Shown piece by piece: positions 7,471 through 21,641 of a DNA stretch of 24,756 nt (the stretch's first letter is position 1; each line of letters opens with the position of its first letter). The notes under the pieces are model-generated. The model searched no databases. It saw only the letters and a program-made list of their open reading frames with translations, and was not told the origin of the DNA. The position numbers and the translations under genes were made by a program. The DNA is from Gammaproteobacteria bacterium. Its GTDB lineage: Bacteria > Pseudomonadota > Gammaproteobacteria > Enterobacterales > GCA-2746155. The stretch is from assembly GCA_024206355.1 (NCBI GenBank), contig JAAGZM010000104.1:1-24756 (forward strand), written 5' to 3'.

Positions 7471-8701
7471 TTTTTTTCTTGCTCAGAAAACCTACCATTA
7501 ATAACAATGTCAACAACCCCATGCTACCAGCTCCTCCAGAGCCTACACTAATCGTTCCTGTTTCACCTGAACCACTACCTACAGAACTACCATTCGATTG
7601 CATATCTAAACCAACATCTTCTAATGGGACTTCCGATAATTGATAACTACTCTCAACAGTGGTTGTTAATAACTCATCCGTATAAGTATCATAGATTTCT
7701 ACTCGAAAATCATAATATCCCGTGCTGTAACCATTCTGCCAGACCGTTTCTAAGATGTAGGTGTCTAATGTTGAATATCCTTCAATGATGAAATCTTCTG
7801 TAGTAAAATCCAGAGTCCAATTTCCACTGCTATCTTTTACCCAGATTTCTGCATAAATCATTTCGCTACCTGAATCGACATCGGCATCAAACTGTAAACT
7901 AAATGACTGGTAGAATCCGTCATTATCATTATCACTCAATAGGGTAATGCTAGCATCATAGATTGAGAAAGCTGAATTTGTTGACTGTAAATTATCGTAA
8001 CTAGCATCTTCCAAAAAATGCTCTGCAAGCTCATAAGTGTCGTAAGGTCTGATTGTTGCTACTAACAAACCATCGTACTGATCATAAAGATCAATTAAAA
8101 TATCATAGCTTCCAGGTGGAAATCCGCTGGTCAGTAATGTTTCAACCGTATAATCATCTGAGGAACTCGAACCATCCAAATCAAAGTAATTTGAGGTAAA
8201 ATACAATTCCCAAGGTCCACCTTCGAAACTCAAATACAACTGGGCATGTACTGTGGCGATATTATAATTTGTATCTGCATCAAAATTAACCGTAAACTCT
8301 GAATAATAGCCATCATTATCATGATCGTAATCCATGTATACATAAGCTGAACTAAAGAAAAACGCTGAAGACTTTAGTTGTGTAGCTAAATTTGGATCTC
8401 GGTATTGTAGTTGCTTACCAATTTTTGATGTAGCTGTCTGACTAGTAGATTTTTCTACTAGTAGGGCTGGATCAGAAATATCTTTGTACTCTGCCTTTCG
8501 CTCAGTGCTGATAGCAGATTGAACATTGATAGATTGGTTCTTCACTTTATTAAATACTGCTCTCTTATCTTGCCCACCTAATTGACCCGTTGTAACTTTT
8601 ACTGTTTTATCAGAAGCAGTTATTGATAACGTTCCGAACAAAATAACGGTTATACCGATACTAGTGAATAGTTGATTTAATAACTTACTGTTTCCAGACA
8701 T
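7466..8701 (-). CDS. Choice-of-anchor H-like surface protein, two tandem domains, GlyGly-CTERM (rhombosortase substrate)
   Basis: 411 aa. Signal peptide; two homologous ~123-aa acidic domains (DHDNDGYYSEF..FDAD / DNDNDGFYQSF..FDAD); C-terminus GSGGAGSMG + hydrophobic helix + KKKR. SD AGGAG upstream. Confidence 0.8.
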   Translation of the reverse strand: MSGNSKLLNQLFTSIGITVILFGTLSITASDKTVKVTTGQLGGQDKRAVFNKVKNQSINVQSAISTERKAEYKDISDPALLVEKSTSQTATSKIGKQLQYRDPNLATQLKSSAFFFSSAYVYMDYDHDNDGYYSEFTVNFDADTNYNIATVHAQLYLSFEGGPWELYFTSNYFDLDGSSSSDDYTVETLLTSGFPPGSYDILIDLYDQYDGLLVATIRPYDTYELAEHFLEDASYDNLQSTNSAFSIYDASITLLSDNDNDGFYQSFSLQFDADVDSGSEMIYAEIWVKDSSGNWTLDFTTEDFIIEGYSTLDTYILETVWQNGYSTGYYDFRVEIYDTYTDELLTTTVESSYQLSEVPLEDVGLDMQSNGSSVGSGSGETGTISVGSGGAGSMGLLTLLLMVGFLSKKKR

Positions 8702-8757
8702 GCCTAAACTCCTTTAGAATGTGCATACATATCAAGTATGTGATCATGATGAGATCT

Positions 8758-8791
8758 ACTATAAAGGATTGAATCTGAACCGTTCCTGAAC
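8758..8791 (-). promoter_or_regulatory. OmpR/PhoB-type direct-repeat box and -10 element for the surface-protein gene
   Basis: Minus strand GTTCAG-N5-GTTCAG (8791-8775; 11-bp period), then 11 bp, then TATAGT (8763-8758). Confidence 0.55.
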
Positions 8792-8846
8792 AAATTATTC
8801 AGATTACAATTAAGTCAACTATTATAGGTAATTATTGTAGGTAAAC

Positions 8847-9503
8847 ATGCAACAACCATCTCGAAGCATAATTAGCAATCAACAAATGATGCACCCTGAT
8901 CTAGATGATGTTATACAGAAACATTTAGTCAGTGTTTATCAGAAACCAATATTAGCGTTTAATCAAAGCGCCTTTAAAACTGCGGACAAGATGTACCAGC
9001 AATATCAAGGTAACTTTATTCTCGATTCAGGTTGTGGTGTTGGTGAAAGCACCTACCAAATTGCAAAAAAGTTTCCCGATGCCTTTGTTCTAGGCATTGA
9101 TCAGTCTAAATATAGGATTGACACCAATAGTGAATGGACATTGCCTGAAAATGCTCTCTTACTACGTGCAGACTTAGTTGATTTTTGGCGATTAGCAGCT
9201 GAAGCTGACTGGCAACTCGCTCGTCATTATCTACTTTATCCTAATCCATGGCCAAAGAAAAAACACTTGCAACGTCGTTGGCATGGTCATCCAGTTTTTC
9301 TCGCTTTGAAAGAATTAGGTGGAAAAATTGAGTTAAGGACAAACTGGAAGATTTATGCAGAAGAATTTTCCCACGCATTAAATATATTAATGGAGAAAAA
9401 CTATCAAATGGAAATTTTTGTTCCTGAAAAACCGATTACCCCTTTCGAGAGAAAATATCAGCTAAGTGGTCAGGAGCTCTATAGGGTATCTAAAATAACC
9501 TAG
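8847..9503 (+). CDS. TrmB-like SAM-dependent methyltransferase (divergent paralog)
   Basis: 218 aa. LDSGCGVG SAM motif, YPNPWPKKKHLQRR, RTNW and TPFE are colinear with the TrmB motifs FPDPWxKxxHxKRR, TDW and TKFE. Confidence 0.8.
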   Translation: MQQPSRSIISNQQMMHPDLDDVIQKHLVSVYQKPILAFNQSAFKTADKMYQQYQGNFILDSGCGVGESTYQIAKKFPDAFVLGIDQSKYRIDTNSEWTLPENALLLRADLVDFWRLAAEADWQLARHYLLYPNPWPKKKHLQRRWHGHPVFLALKELGGKIELRTNWKIYAEEFSHALNILMEKNYQMEIFVPEKPITPFERKYQLSGQELYRVSKIT

Positions 9504-9952
9504 CTTCGAGCACGCTCCCTAGCTGAGAGTAATTCACTGTGACGAAGATATAGCAACTCAGAAATTTTACGAATAAAATGATCTTCATAAGGATCAAGCA
9601 CGCCATCTGCGTAAGCCACCTGCCACATTAATTCGATAAGACGAATTTTCTGCTGATTAGTAAATTCCTTATTTAACAAGGATGTAAACTGATGATAGTC
9701 GATAGCTTCATGGCTTTTGGCTTTGGCCAATTCCATCAATTGAGTAATATCGTCATCGGATAAGGAAAACTTACTAGCAACAGCCTGTTGAATTTTTTCT
9801 TTTTCCTGCTCGGTATAATCATGATCAGCCTGAGCAACATCGAGCAATAATACCGCACTTGCCAGTTGTAAGCGGTGTTCAATCTCGGTTTCAGATTCAA
9901 CGCTTACAACTGACAATCGTTGTTCAAAAAAAAGTTTTAATCGACTGATCAT
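9500..9952 (-). CDS. TerB-family (tellurite resistance/DjlA N-terminal-like) protein
   Basis: 150 aa with LLLDVAQADHDYTEQE and LIELMWQVAYADGVLDPYEDHFIRKISELL, the two ADG-type metal motifs of TerB-like proteins. Confidence 0.85.
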   Translation of the reverse strand: MISRLKLFFEQRLSVVSVESETEIEHRLQLASAVLLLDVAQADHDYTEQEKEKIQQAVASKFSLSDDDITQLMELAKAKSHEAIDYHQFTSLLNKEFTNQQKIRLIELMWQVAYADGVLDPYEDHFIRKISELLYLRHSELLSARERARS

Positions 9953-9965
9953 ATCAATTAGAAAT

Positions 9966-11258
<1,293 letters not shown>

Positions 11259-11291
11259 TTATTTACATATTTTAAAAACGTTTAATCAGAA

Positions 11292-13010
<1,719 letters not shown>

Positions 13011-13057
13011 CTATTCACTTTCTGAGCTGGGGCAGGAGTGCTCCCGAACGGGGTAGT

Positions 13058-13087
13058 AGTTTACCAAAGATCTTATCCGTTCGGCAA
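13058..13087 (-). promoter_or_regulatory. Internal sigma-70 promoter for pyrG-eno
   Basis: TTGCCG (13087-13082), 18 bp, then an extended -10 TGG-TAAACT (13063-13058); initial transcribed region ACTACCCCG. Confidence 0.7.
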
Positions 13088-13102
13088 TTGGTATTATCAT
13101 TT

Positions 13103-14756
<1,654 letters not shown>

Positions 14757-14765
14757 AATAAAATA

Positions 14766-16970
14766 TTATCGCCGTTTAACATCAGAAATATTGGGTAAAC
14801 GATGCAACGAACTGAGAATTTCTCCCAGCTTATCGGCGCTGGGCACTTCTATTTGCAACGATATATCAACCATCATATCACTGACTCTTTTCGAGTTTGT
14901 ATAAAGCGATATAACGCCCACACTGTGATTAGCCAGTAATGTTGTAATATCACGTAATAATCCATGACGATCGTAGGCTTTAATAGCGACATCAACCGTG
15001 TAAAACTCTTTTGACTCACCCCAATCAACTTCAAGTATTCGTTCAAAATTATCGTGTTGAGCTTTCAATATATGGCTGCAATCACTGCGATGAATAACCA
15101 CCCCTCTGGTTCGAGAAATAAAACCCATGATTTTATCGCCAGGCACCGGCTTACAACAACCTGCAATCGTTGATAATAAATTGTTCACTCCTTGAACAAT
15201 GATTCCACTACCTTTAACAGACTTGGTAGGCTTAGGTGCTTTCTGAATTTTCGGTTGATGCTCCTTAGTTTCTTGAGGAATCATCATATTACGTGCAGCA
15301 TTACCTACCTGGTGTAACCTTAAATCACCTGCACCAATACCTGCATAAAGATCTTCAACACATTTATAGTTGTAGTGCTTTGCAAGTGCTAGTAATTCGA
15401 CATCTTTTAAGCCTTGCCGTTTCAACTCTTTATCAAGAATAGGTTTTCCAGCCGTTGCATTTTTATCTTTGTCTTGCTGTCGAAAATATTGATGGATTTT
15501 TGCACGGGAGCGTGTTGATTTCAGGTATCCCATCGAAGGATTCATCCAATCTCTAGATGGTACGCCATTTTTGGTTGTTAATACTTCGACCTGCTCTCCG
15601 GTACTTAATTCAAAGGTTAACGGAACAATTCGACCGTTTACCTTTGCTCCTCTGCAGGTGTTTCCTACTTGCGTATGAATGCGATATGCAAAATCTAACG
15701 GCGTACCTCTTGGAGGCAAATCAACGACTTCACCCGATGGTGTAAAAACATAGACTCGATCCTCAATAACCTGCTCACGGAAATTTTTAAGTAATTCATC
15801 GGAGTCAGCTATTTCTTCTTGCCATTCAAGCAACTCGCGTAACCATGCAATCTTCTCTTCATAACCTGCTGCGCCTCCTTTACCGCCCTCTTTATAACGC
15901 CAGTGGGCTGCAACACCATGCTCAGACTCTTCATGCATTTGGTGGGTTCTTATCTGAACCTCTAGAGCTTTTCCTTCTGGTCCAATCACGGCAGTATGGA
16001 TTGATTGATAACCATTTTCTTTAGGTGTTGCTATATAGTCATCAAATTCCTTAGCAATATGTGGCCAGCGACTATGTACGACACCTAAGGCTGCGTAACA
16101 TTCTTGAACTTCGTCAACAAGAATACGAACTGCTCGAGTATCATAAATTTCTTCAAAACCAACATTTTTCCGCTGCATCTTTCGCCAGATACTATAAATA
16201 TGCTTAGCGCGACCTTCTGTTTCAGATTCTATGCCTAATTTCTTTAATTCACTAACAAGCAAACTGACAATATCATTGATATAGGTATCTCTATCAATAC
16301 GTTTTTCTGCCAACGATTTAGCAATTAACTTATATTGTTCGGTCTGAAGATATCGAAAAGAGAAGTCTTCCAATTCCCATTTTAACTGACCTATACCTAA
16401 TCGATTAGCCAAAGGTGCATATATGTCTTTCGTTTCGTTTGCTAAATTTATACATGTTTCTTCATCAAAATCTTTTGCCGAATGTAACAAACTGACCTGC
16501 TCTGCCAGTTTAATCAAGATAACTCTTGTATCATCAACCATCGCTAACAACATATGTCGCAATGGATCCATAGCAACTTTGCCATTGGCGCTAGCTGAAT
16601 TTTGCAGGCTTCTCACTGCGGCCATTTTCTTAACCCCAACAAGTAATTTGTTAATGCCTGTACCTAAGTTTTCTTTGACCATCTTTGCCGTAATAATATC
16701 ATCTCGAAGCAAACTATAAATACTTGCTGCAGCTAAGGTCTCTGGATCGAGATTCAAACTGGCAAGGATACCAGCCATATCCAAACCTTGTTTTATATCC
16801 GCCGTTTTTAAATCTAAATTTTCAGTCTTACAGTCACGTGCTAGTGTCAACGCCTTTAACAGAGGCGTCATTGCATCTTCATCTCTCTCAAGACGAATTT
16901 GTTCTAACCATTGAGCTGGTTCACCTCCGGCAAGAAGACTTTTATCGATGTTGTGACGAATTTTAACCAT
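14766..16970 (-). CDS. relA: GTP pyrophosphokinase / (p)ppGpp synthetase I
   Basis: 734 aa. Degenerate HD domain (no HDxxED), synthetase GRAKHIYSIWRKM and NGYQSIHT, then TGS, CC and ACT domains. Lies downstream of rlmD. Confidence 0.97.
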   Translation of the reverse strand: MVKIRHNIDKSLLAGGEPAQWLEQIRLERDEDAMTPLLKALTLARDCKTENLDLKTADIKQGLDMAGILASLNLDPETLAAASIYSLLRDDIITAKMVKENLGTGINKLLVGVKKMAAVRSLQNSASANGKVAMDPLRHMLLAMVDDTRVILIKLAEQVSLLHSAKDFDEETCINLANETKDIYAPLANRLGIGQLKWELEDFSFRYLQTEQYKLIAKSLAEKRIDRDTYINDIVSLLVSELKKLGIESETEGRAKHIYSIWRKMQRKNVGFEEIYDTRAVRILVDEVQECYAALGVVHSRWPHIAKEFDDYIATPKENGYQSIHTAVIGPEGKALEVQIRTHQMHEESEHGVAAHWRYKEGGKGGAAGYEEKIAWLRELLEWQEEIADSDELLKNFREQVIEDRVYVFTPSGEVVDLPPRGTPLDFAYRIHTQVGNTCRGAKVNGRIVPLTFELSTGEQVEVLTTKNGVPSRDWMNPSMGYLKSTRSRAKIHQYFRQQDKDKNATAGKPILDKELKRQGLKDVELLALAKHYNYKCVEDLYAGIGAGDLRLHQVGNAARNMMIPQETKEHQPKIQKAPKPTKSVKGSGIIVQGVNNLLSTIAGCCKPVPGDKIMGFISRTRGVVIHRSDCSHILKAQHDNFERILEVDWGESKEFYTVDVAIKAYDRHGLLRDITTLLANHSVGVISLYTNSKRVSDMMVDISLQIEVPSADKLGEILSSLHRLPNISDVKRR

Positions 16971-16992
16971 ATTATATCCGTATATGTTTGAT

Positions 16993-18327
16993 TTACTTCA
17001 CGAAAAGTGCAATGGATTCAACATGGGCAGTATGGGGAAACATATCCATAACACCAGTTTTGATCATTTTGTAGCCTTGCTCAATTAGCACGTTAGCATC
17101 TCTAGCCAGTGTTGCCGGGTTACAAGAAACGTAAACAATTCGTTTCGCTCCAAACGTTGGTAGATGTTGAACTATCTCATAAGCACCACTACGAGGAGGA
17201 TCGATCAGTAATTTATCAAAGCCTTGTTTGGCCCAAAGTTCATTGTAGAATTCACCCGCCAAATTGGCCCCAAAAAAATCAATATTTTCAAGACCGTTAT
17301 GCAAGGCATTCTCACGGCCACGCAATACCATCGCATCATCACCTTCTATAGCCGTAACATGACCTGCACGAGTTGCTATGGGTAAGCTAAAATTACCAAG
17401 GCCACAAAACAAATCAAGAATTCGATCATCCCGTTGTGGATCAAGAAGCTCGATTGCTAGAGCAAGCATTTTTTTATTAATACCAGCATTAACCTGGATG
17501 AAATCCATTGGATGAAATAACATCTCAAGTGAAAAATCATCAAGCTTATAACTCAACCGTTCATTACTATCTTCTGGATAGAGTTTTTGTACTGTCGAAG
17601 GACCTCCTGATTGTAAATATAGCTCAATAGTATGCTGTGCTGCAAAATCGATAAGTGTTTGCTTATCTATTTTTGAAAGACTTTGTAAATGTCGAAAAAC
17701 TAAAGCAACCGAATCATCTCCGCAAGCAACCTCAATTTGAGGAATACCTTCTCTGGCAACCATACCTTCGATTAATTCTCTTAATGGCATGATCAGTTTT
17801 GCTACACGGTTGTCTAAAATAGGACAGTCAGTAATATTAGTGATAAATGAGCTTTTCTTTTCTCGAAATCCAACAAGTACAGATTCTTTTTTGTGCACAT
17901 ATTTCACTCCCAACCGCGCCTTTCTTCGATAAGACCAGTCAGCATCTGCCATTGGTGCTAATACTGCTTCGGCCGAGGTTCCTCCAAAATGTTGTAGTTG
18001 TTCTAGTAATATTGACTGTTTAAGCTCTATTTGGGCATCCGATGAGAGATGCTGCATACTACAACCACCACAAATACCAAAAAACTCACACTTAGGTGTA
18101 ACACGACCAGGATTAGCTGTATGAACTTTTACACAGCACCCTTCATCAAATTTTGCTCGCTGGTTTGTATAGACATAATCAACTTCTTCACCCGGAAGTG
18201 CTGCATCAACAAAGATAGTTTTTCCATCTGGATGATGCGCTATTCCTCGCCCATCATGACTAATCGTTTCTATTGATATTTTAAATGATTCTGTTGGTAA
18301 TACTTTACGTTTTCTTCGTCTAGCCAT
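16993..18327 (-). CDS. rlmD: 23S rRNA (uracil1939-C5)-methyltransferase
   Basis: 444 aa with a TRAM domain, CEFFGICGGC Fe-S motif, DLFCGLGNF, DPPRSGA, YVSCNPATLARD and DMFPHT. Confidence 0.97.
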   Translation of the reverse strand: MARRRKRKVLPTESFKISIETISHDGRGIAHHPDGKTIFVDAALPGEEVDYVYTNQRAKFDEGCCVKVHTANPGRVTPKCEFFGICGGCSMQHLSSDAQIELKQSILLEQLQHFGGTSAEAVLAPMADADWSYRRKARLGVKYVHKKESVLVGFREKKSSFITNITDCPILDNRVAKLIMPLRELIEGMVAREGIPQIEVACGDDSVALVFRHLQSLSKIDKQTLIDFAAQHTIELYLQSGGPSTVQKLYPEDSNERLSYKLDDFSLEMLFHPMDFIQVNAGINKKMLALAIELLDPQRDDRILDLFCGLGNFSLPIATRAGHVTAIEGDDAMVLRGRENALHNGLENIDFFGANLAGEFYNELWAKQGFDKLLIDPPRSGAYEIVQHLPTFGAKRIVYVSCNPATLARDANVLIEQGYKMIKTGVMDMFPHTAHVESIALFVK

Positions 18328-18532
18328 TGTTTCCTACACTTATTTCTCACACACTTTTAAGCAATATCGCACAAAAACATTCTCAAGATGGCAGTTTACC
18401 CGATTCAGCTTATCAGGCACAGTCTGTTTTTGTAGAACTCCTTATTTGTTTTAGCAGGGTATTCGTTAGTTCTAAAATCGAAATCATACTAAAAATGAGT
18501 CCTTAAAATGAAATGTTATTATTGGATGATTG

Positions 18533-21238
18533 ATGTTCAATTTATGGGGTATTCGTAACAATATACTTTTTCTAGTACTGGCTCCGTCATTACTAGCCAG
18601 TATTGTTATGTCTAGCTACTTTGTTGTCGACAGGATTGAGACCCTTGAGGCTACTCATTTAGTTAAAGGAAAAACAATACTTGCCTCCCTTGTCTTAATG
18701 ACTGAAGTACATACAGAAAATGATAATACCATCATACAAAATCAGTTATCAAAATTTAGAGATAGTAATAGAAACATACTCGCGATTGCGCTTATCAACA
18801 ATAGAAACGACTCGATAATAAAAACCGGTAATGATATTTTCATCAAACAGCTGAAGCTGAAAGCCGTCCCTAGTGACATTGTACAATATAATTTAGATGA
18901 TTTTTCAAAAATAAGTGCTCCTCTTGTTTTAGCTAATTCTTCAGATACTTATTATTTATCAATATTACTCGATCGCCAACCACTAACTCTAGAGAGCTAT
19001 CATACGATATTCATCGCAACCATTATTGCCTTAACAGCAATGTCACTTAGCTTAGTTATTGCACTGTATCTATCAAGAACGATAGGCTCACCATTACAGA
19101 AAATATCGGATGAATTGGAAGCTATTAACGATGGTGACTTAGATATTACAATCCATACTCCAGCTATTCCTGAATTGGCAAAAATCAGTAGTACCATTAA
19201 CTCACTCACGGGCTCTCTTCAGCAGGCCAGAGACAACATGCAACACAATGTTGATCAAGCCACATCAGATCTGACTCAGACACTAGAAACTATTGAAATT
19301 CAGAACATTGAATTAGATATGGCTAGAAAGCAGGCGATTCAAGCTAGCCGTGTTAAATCTGAATTTTTAGCCAATATCAGTCACGAAATTAGAACACCGA
19401 TGAATGGTGTAATCGGGTTTACAAATTTACTTCTTAATAGCGAGCTGGATATTACCCAAAAAGATTATTTACAGACGATTCGAAAGTCTGCCTACACATT
19501 GCTAAGCATCATTGAAGATATTCTAGACTTCTCGAAAATTGAAGCCGGCAAAATGACCCTTGAAAAGGTCTCTTTTTCGTTGCGTGATTGCGTTGAAGAA
19601 GTGATCATGATGTTGACACCTTCTTCAGTAAAGAAAGATATAGAATTAATACCACTAATTTATAAAAATGTTCCTGAACTACTACTTGGCGACCCGATAC
19701 GAATAAAACAAGTTTTAACCAACCTTGTTAGCAATGCGATTAAATTTACTGAAAAAGGAAGCATTGTTGTTCGAATACTTCTTGAAGATGATAATGAAAA
19801 TTCTCAAACTATCCGTACAACAATTACTGATACAGGCATAGGCATGACCGATGAGCAGGTCAGTAAGTTATTTCAACCTTTTAGCCAAGTTAATCAAAAT
19901 ATTAATAGGCACCATAGTGGAACAGGTCTCGGACTGGTTATCAGTAAAAAGCTTGTTGAACAGATGGGTGGAGAGATCATCGTTGAAAGTAAAAGTAACG
20001 AAGGGACGAGTTTTAGCTATACCATAATCAGTGAAAAGCTTTCTCAACAAGAAATATCAATAAGTCTGCCAGAACAATCTGTCTTGGTATTTGACCATCA
20101 TCCCATAGCTCTACTGGCTATGAAACAGCTACTCAGTACTTGGGATATGAAAATATATGATTTCCAAACAATTGACAAACTTCTAGCCGGCATAGAGCTA
20201 ATTTCTAAATCTAGTAACACCAAGCCCATTGTTATGCTCGGATTAGCTGATAACAATCAGTATATTACTAACACACTGCCTAAAATAAATAGTTTTCCAA
20301 ATAAAGCGCTCATTATTCTTGGAGATAATGACCGACAGTTCGACGATGCATTTATATTAGAACATGGGATCAGTCAATTTATTAAAAAACCGCTCACCCG
20401 TAAGCAATTAATAAAAACCTTTGAAAAAGTCGGCATAATTGATAGTAACTCATCAACAGCTAAAGCATCTCAGCAAAAAAGTAATCAGTTTTCTCAACTT
20501 AGAATTCTTGCCGTAGATGATAACCCTGCTAATTTGAAGCTGATTACAATCATTCTTGAAGAAATGTCGATCGATGTTATACAGGCCTATGATGGCTTAA
20601 GCGCTATTGAAATTTGCAATGAACAACAATTTGATATGATATTTATGGATATTCGAATGCCAGGACTTGATGGAATAGAAACTTCACAGAGGATTAAAGC
20701 CGAAAGTATCAACCAAAGAACACCAATTATTGCTTTAACAGCTCACGCGATGACAGGAGAGAAAGAACAATTATTAGCCAATGGACTTGAAGATTATATG
20801 ACCAAACCGGTCAGCATATTTCAGTTAGAACAACTTATTAGCAAATGGACAGAGCAAATTGCTGAACCCATTAATGAGCTACCAGCAAAAAATGGTTTTG
20901 CCAGCACCTCATCAATCGATTGGGACACTTGCCTAGAAATAGCTGGAGGAAGAGAGAAATTGGCTCAGGAAATGCTTGGTGACTTATTATCGGCTATCCC
21001 AATATATGAGCAACAATTAAAGGATAATAGTCTGCTTGGTGATGAGCTATTATCAGAGGTTCATAAGCTTCATGGATTAGCCTGTTATACAGGAGTTCCC
21101 AAAATTAGAGCATTTGCAGCTGAACTTGAACAAGAATTAAAAACTACAGCTAATAAAAAACAAGTAAATAAATTGCGATCGGCATTGTCAGCTGAGCTTG
21201 CAAATGTTCAGCTTGATGTTTCAAATTTCTTACAGTAA
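18533..21238 (+). CDS. barA: Tripartite hybrid sensor histidine kinase BarA/GacS/VarS
   Basis: Two TM helices, HAMP, FLANISHEIRTPMNG, HATPase, degenerate receiver, receiver (IFMDIRMP), Hpt (HKLHG). Divergent from rlmD. ATG 18533 is preferred over TTG 18530. Confidence 0.93.
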   Translation: MFNLWGIRNNILFLVLAPSLLASIVMSSYFVVDRIETLEATHLVKGKTILASLVLMTEVHTENDNTIIQNQLSKFRDSNRNILAIALINNRNDSIIKTGNDIFIKQLKLKAVPSDIVQYNLDDFSKISAPLVLANSSDTYYLSILLDRQPLTLESYHTIFIATIIALTAMSLSLVIALYLSRTIGSPLQKISDELEAINDGDLDITIHTPAIPELAKISSTINSLTGSLQQARDNMQHNVDQATSDLTQTLETIEIQNIELDMARKQAIQASRVKSEFLANISHEIRTPMNGVIGFTNLLLNSELDITQKDYLQTIRKSAYTLLSIIEDILDFSKIEAGKMTLEKVSFSLRDCVEEVIMMLTPSSVKKDIELIPLIYKNVPELLLGDPIRIKQVLTNLVSNAIKFTEKGSIVVRILLEDDNENSQTIRTTITDTGIGMTDEQVSKLFQPFSQVNQNINRHHSGTGLGLVISKKLVEQMGGEIIVESKSNEGTSFSYTIISEKLSQQEISISLPEQSVLVFDHHPIALLAMKQLLSTWDMKIYDFQTIDKLLAGIELISKSSNTKPIVMLGLADNNQYITNTLPKINSFPNKALIILGDNDRQFDDAFILEHGISQFIKKPLTRKQLIKTFEKVGIIDSNSSTAKASQQKSNQFSQLRILAVDDNPANLKLITIILEEMSIDVIQAYDGLSAIEICNEQQFDMIFMDIRMPGLDGIETSQRIKAESINQRTPIIALTAHAMTGEKEQLLANGLEDYMTKPVSIFQLEQLISKWTEQIAEPINELPAKNGFASTSSIDWDTCLEIAGGREKLAQEMLGDLLSAIPIYEQQLKDNSLLGDELLSEVHKLHGLACYTGVPKIRAFAAELEQELKTTANKKQVNKLRSALSAELANVQLDVSNFLQ

Positions 21239-21251
21239 CAACTTGCATAAA

Positions 21252-21641
21252 TTACTTTTCAGCTGCACTTTCAGCAATGACCATAGCAACGGCATATTTT
21301 TTTTCATCGGTGATAGTTATATGCCAACAATTAATATTTTTTTCAGATGCGATTTCAGCAGCTCTGCCACTGACCTTTAATAAAGGCGCTCCCAAATTAT
21401 CATGATCGATATAAAAATCTTGAAATGAAACACCTTCTGCAATTCCTGTTCCTAATGCTTTTGAGGCAGCTTCCTTAGCCGCATATCGTTTAGCTAGAAA
21501 CTTTTCAGGGTATCGTGTTTTAGTTAATGACTCTAATTCAATTTTAGTCAAAATTCTCTCTGAAAATCGCTTACCTTGTCGACTTAAAATATTCTTAACT
21601 CGACTGACCTGTACCAAGTCGTTGCCAATACCAATGATCAT
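21252..21641 (-). CDS. acpS: Holo-ACP synthase
   Basis: 129 aa with [24 protein letters not shown] and GAP; start overlaps the pdxJ stop (ATGA). Confidence 0.96.
   Translation of the reverse strand: MIIGIGNDLVQVSRVKNILSRQGKRFSERILTKIELESLTKTRYPEKFLAKRYAAKEAASKALGTGIAEGVSFQDFYIDHDNLGAPLLKVSGRAAEIASEKNINCWHITITDEKKYAVAMVIAESAAEK

Noticed and set aside
16400-16970. Missing HD hydrolase motif in the RSH protein
   Set aside because: Expected for RelA, which is synthetase-only.
18328-18529. CsrB/RsmZ-type sRNA near barA; rlmD and barA promoters
   Set aside because: There is no GGA-repeat hairpin array. Only -10-like hexamers (TAAACT at 18398-18393 on the minus strand; TAAAAT) are present, with poor -35 elements.
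20050-20420. Degenerate first receiver domain in BarA
   Set aside because: This is a normal feature of BarA/GacS orthologs.
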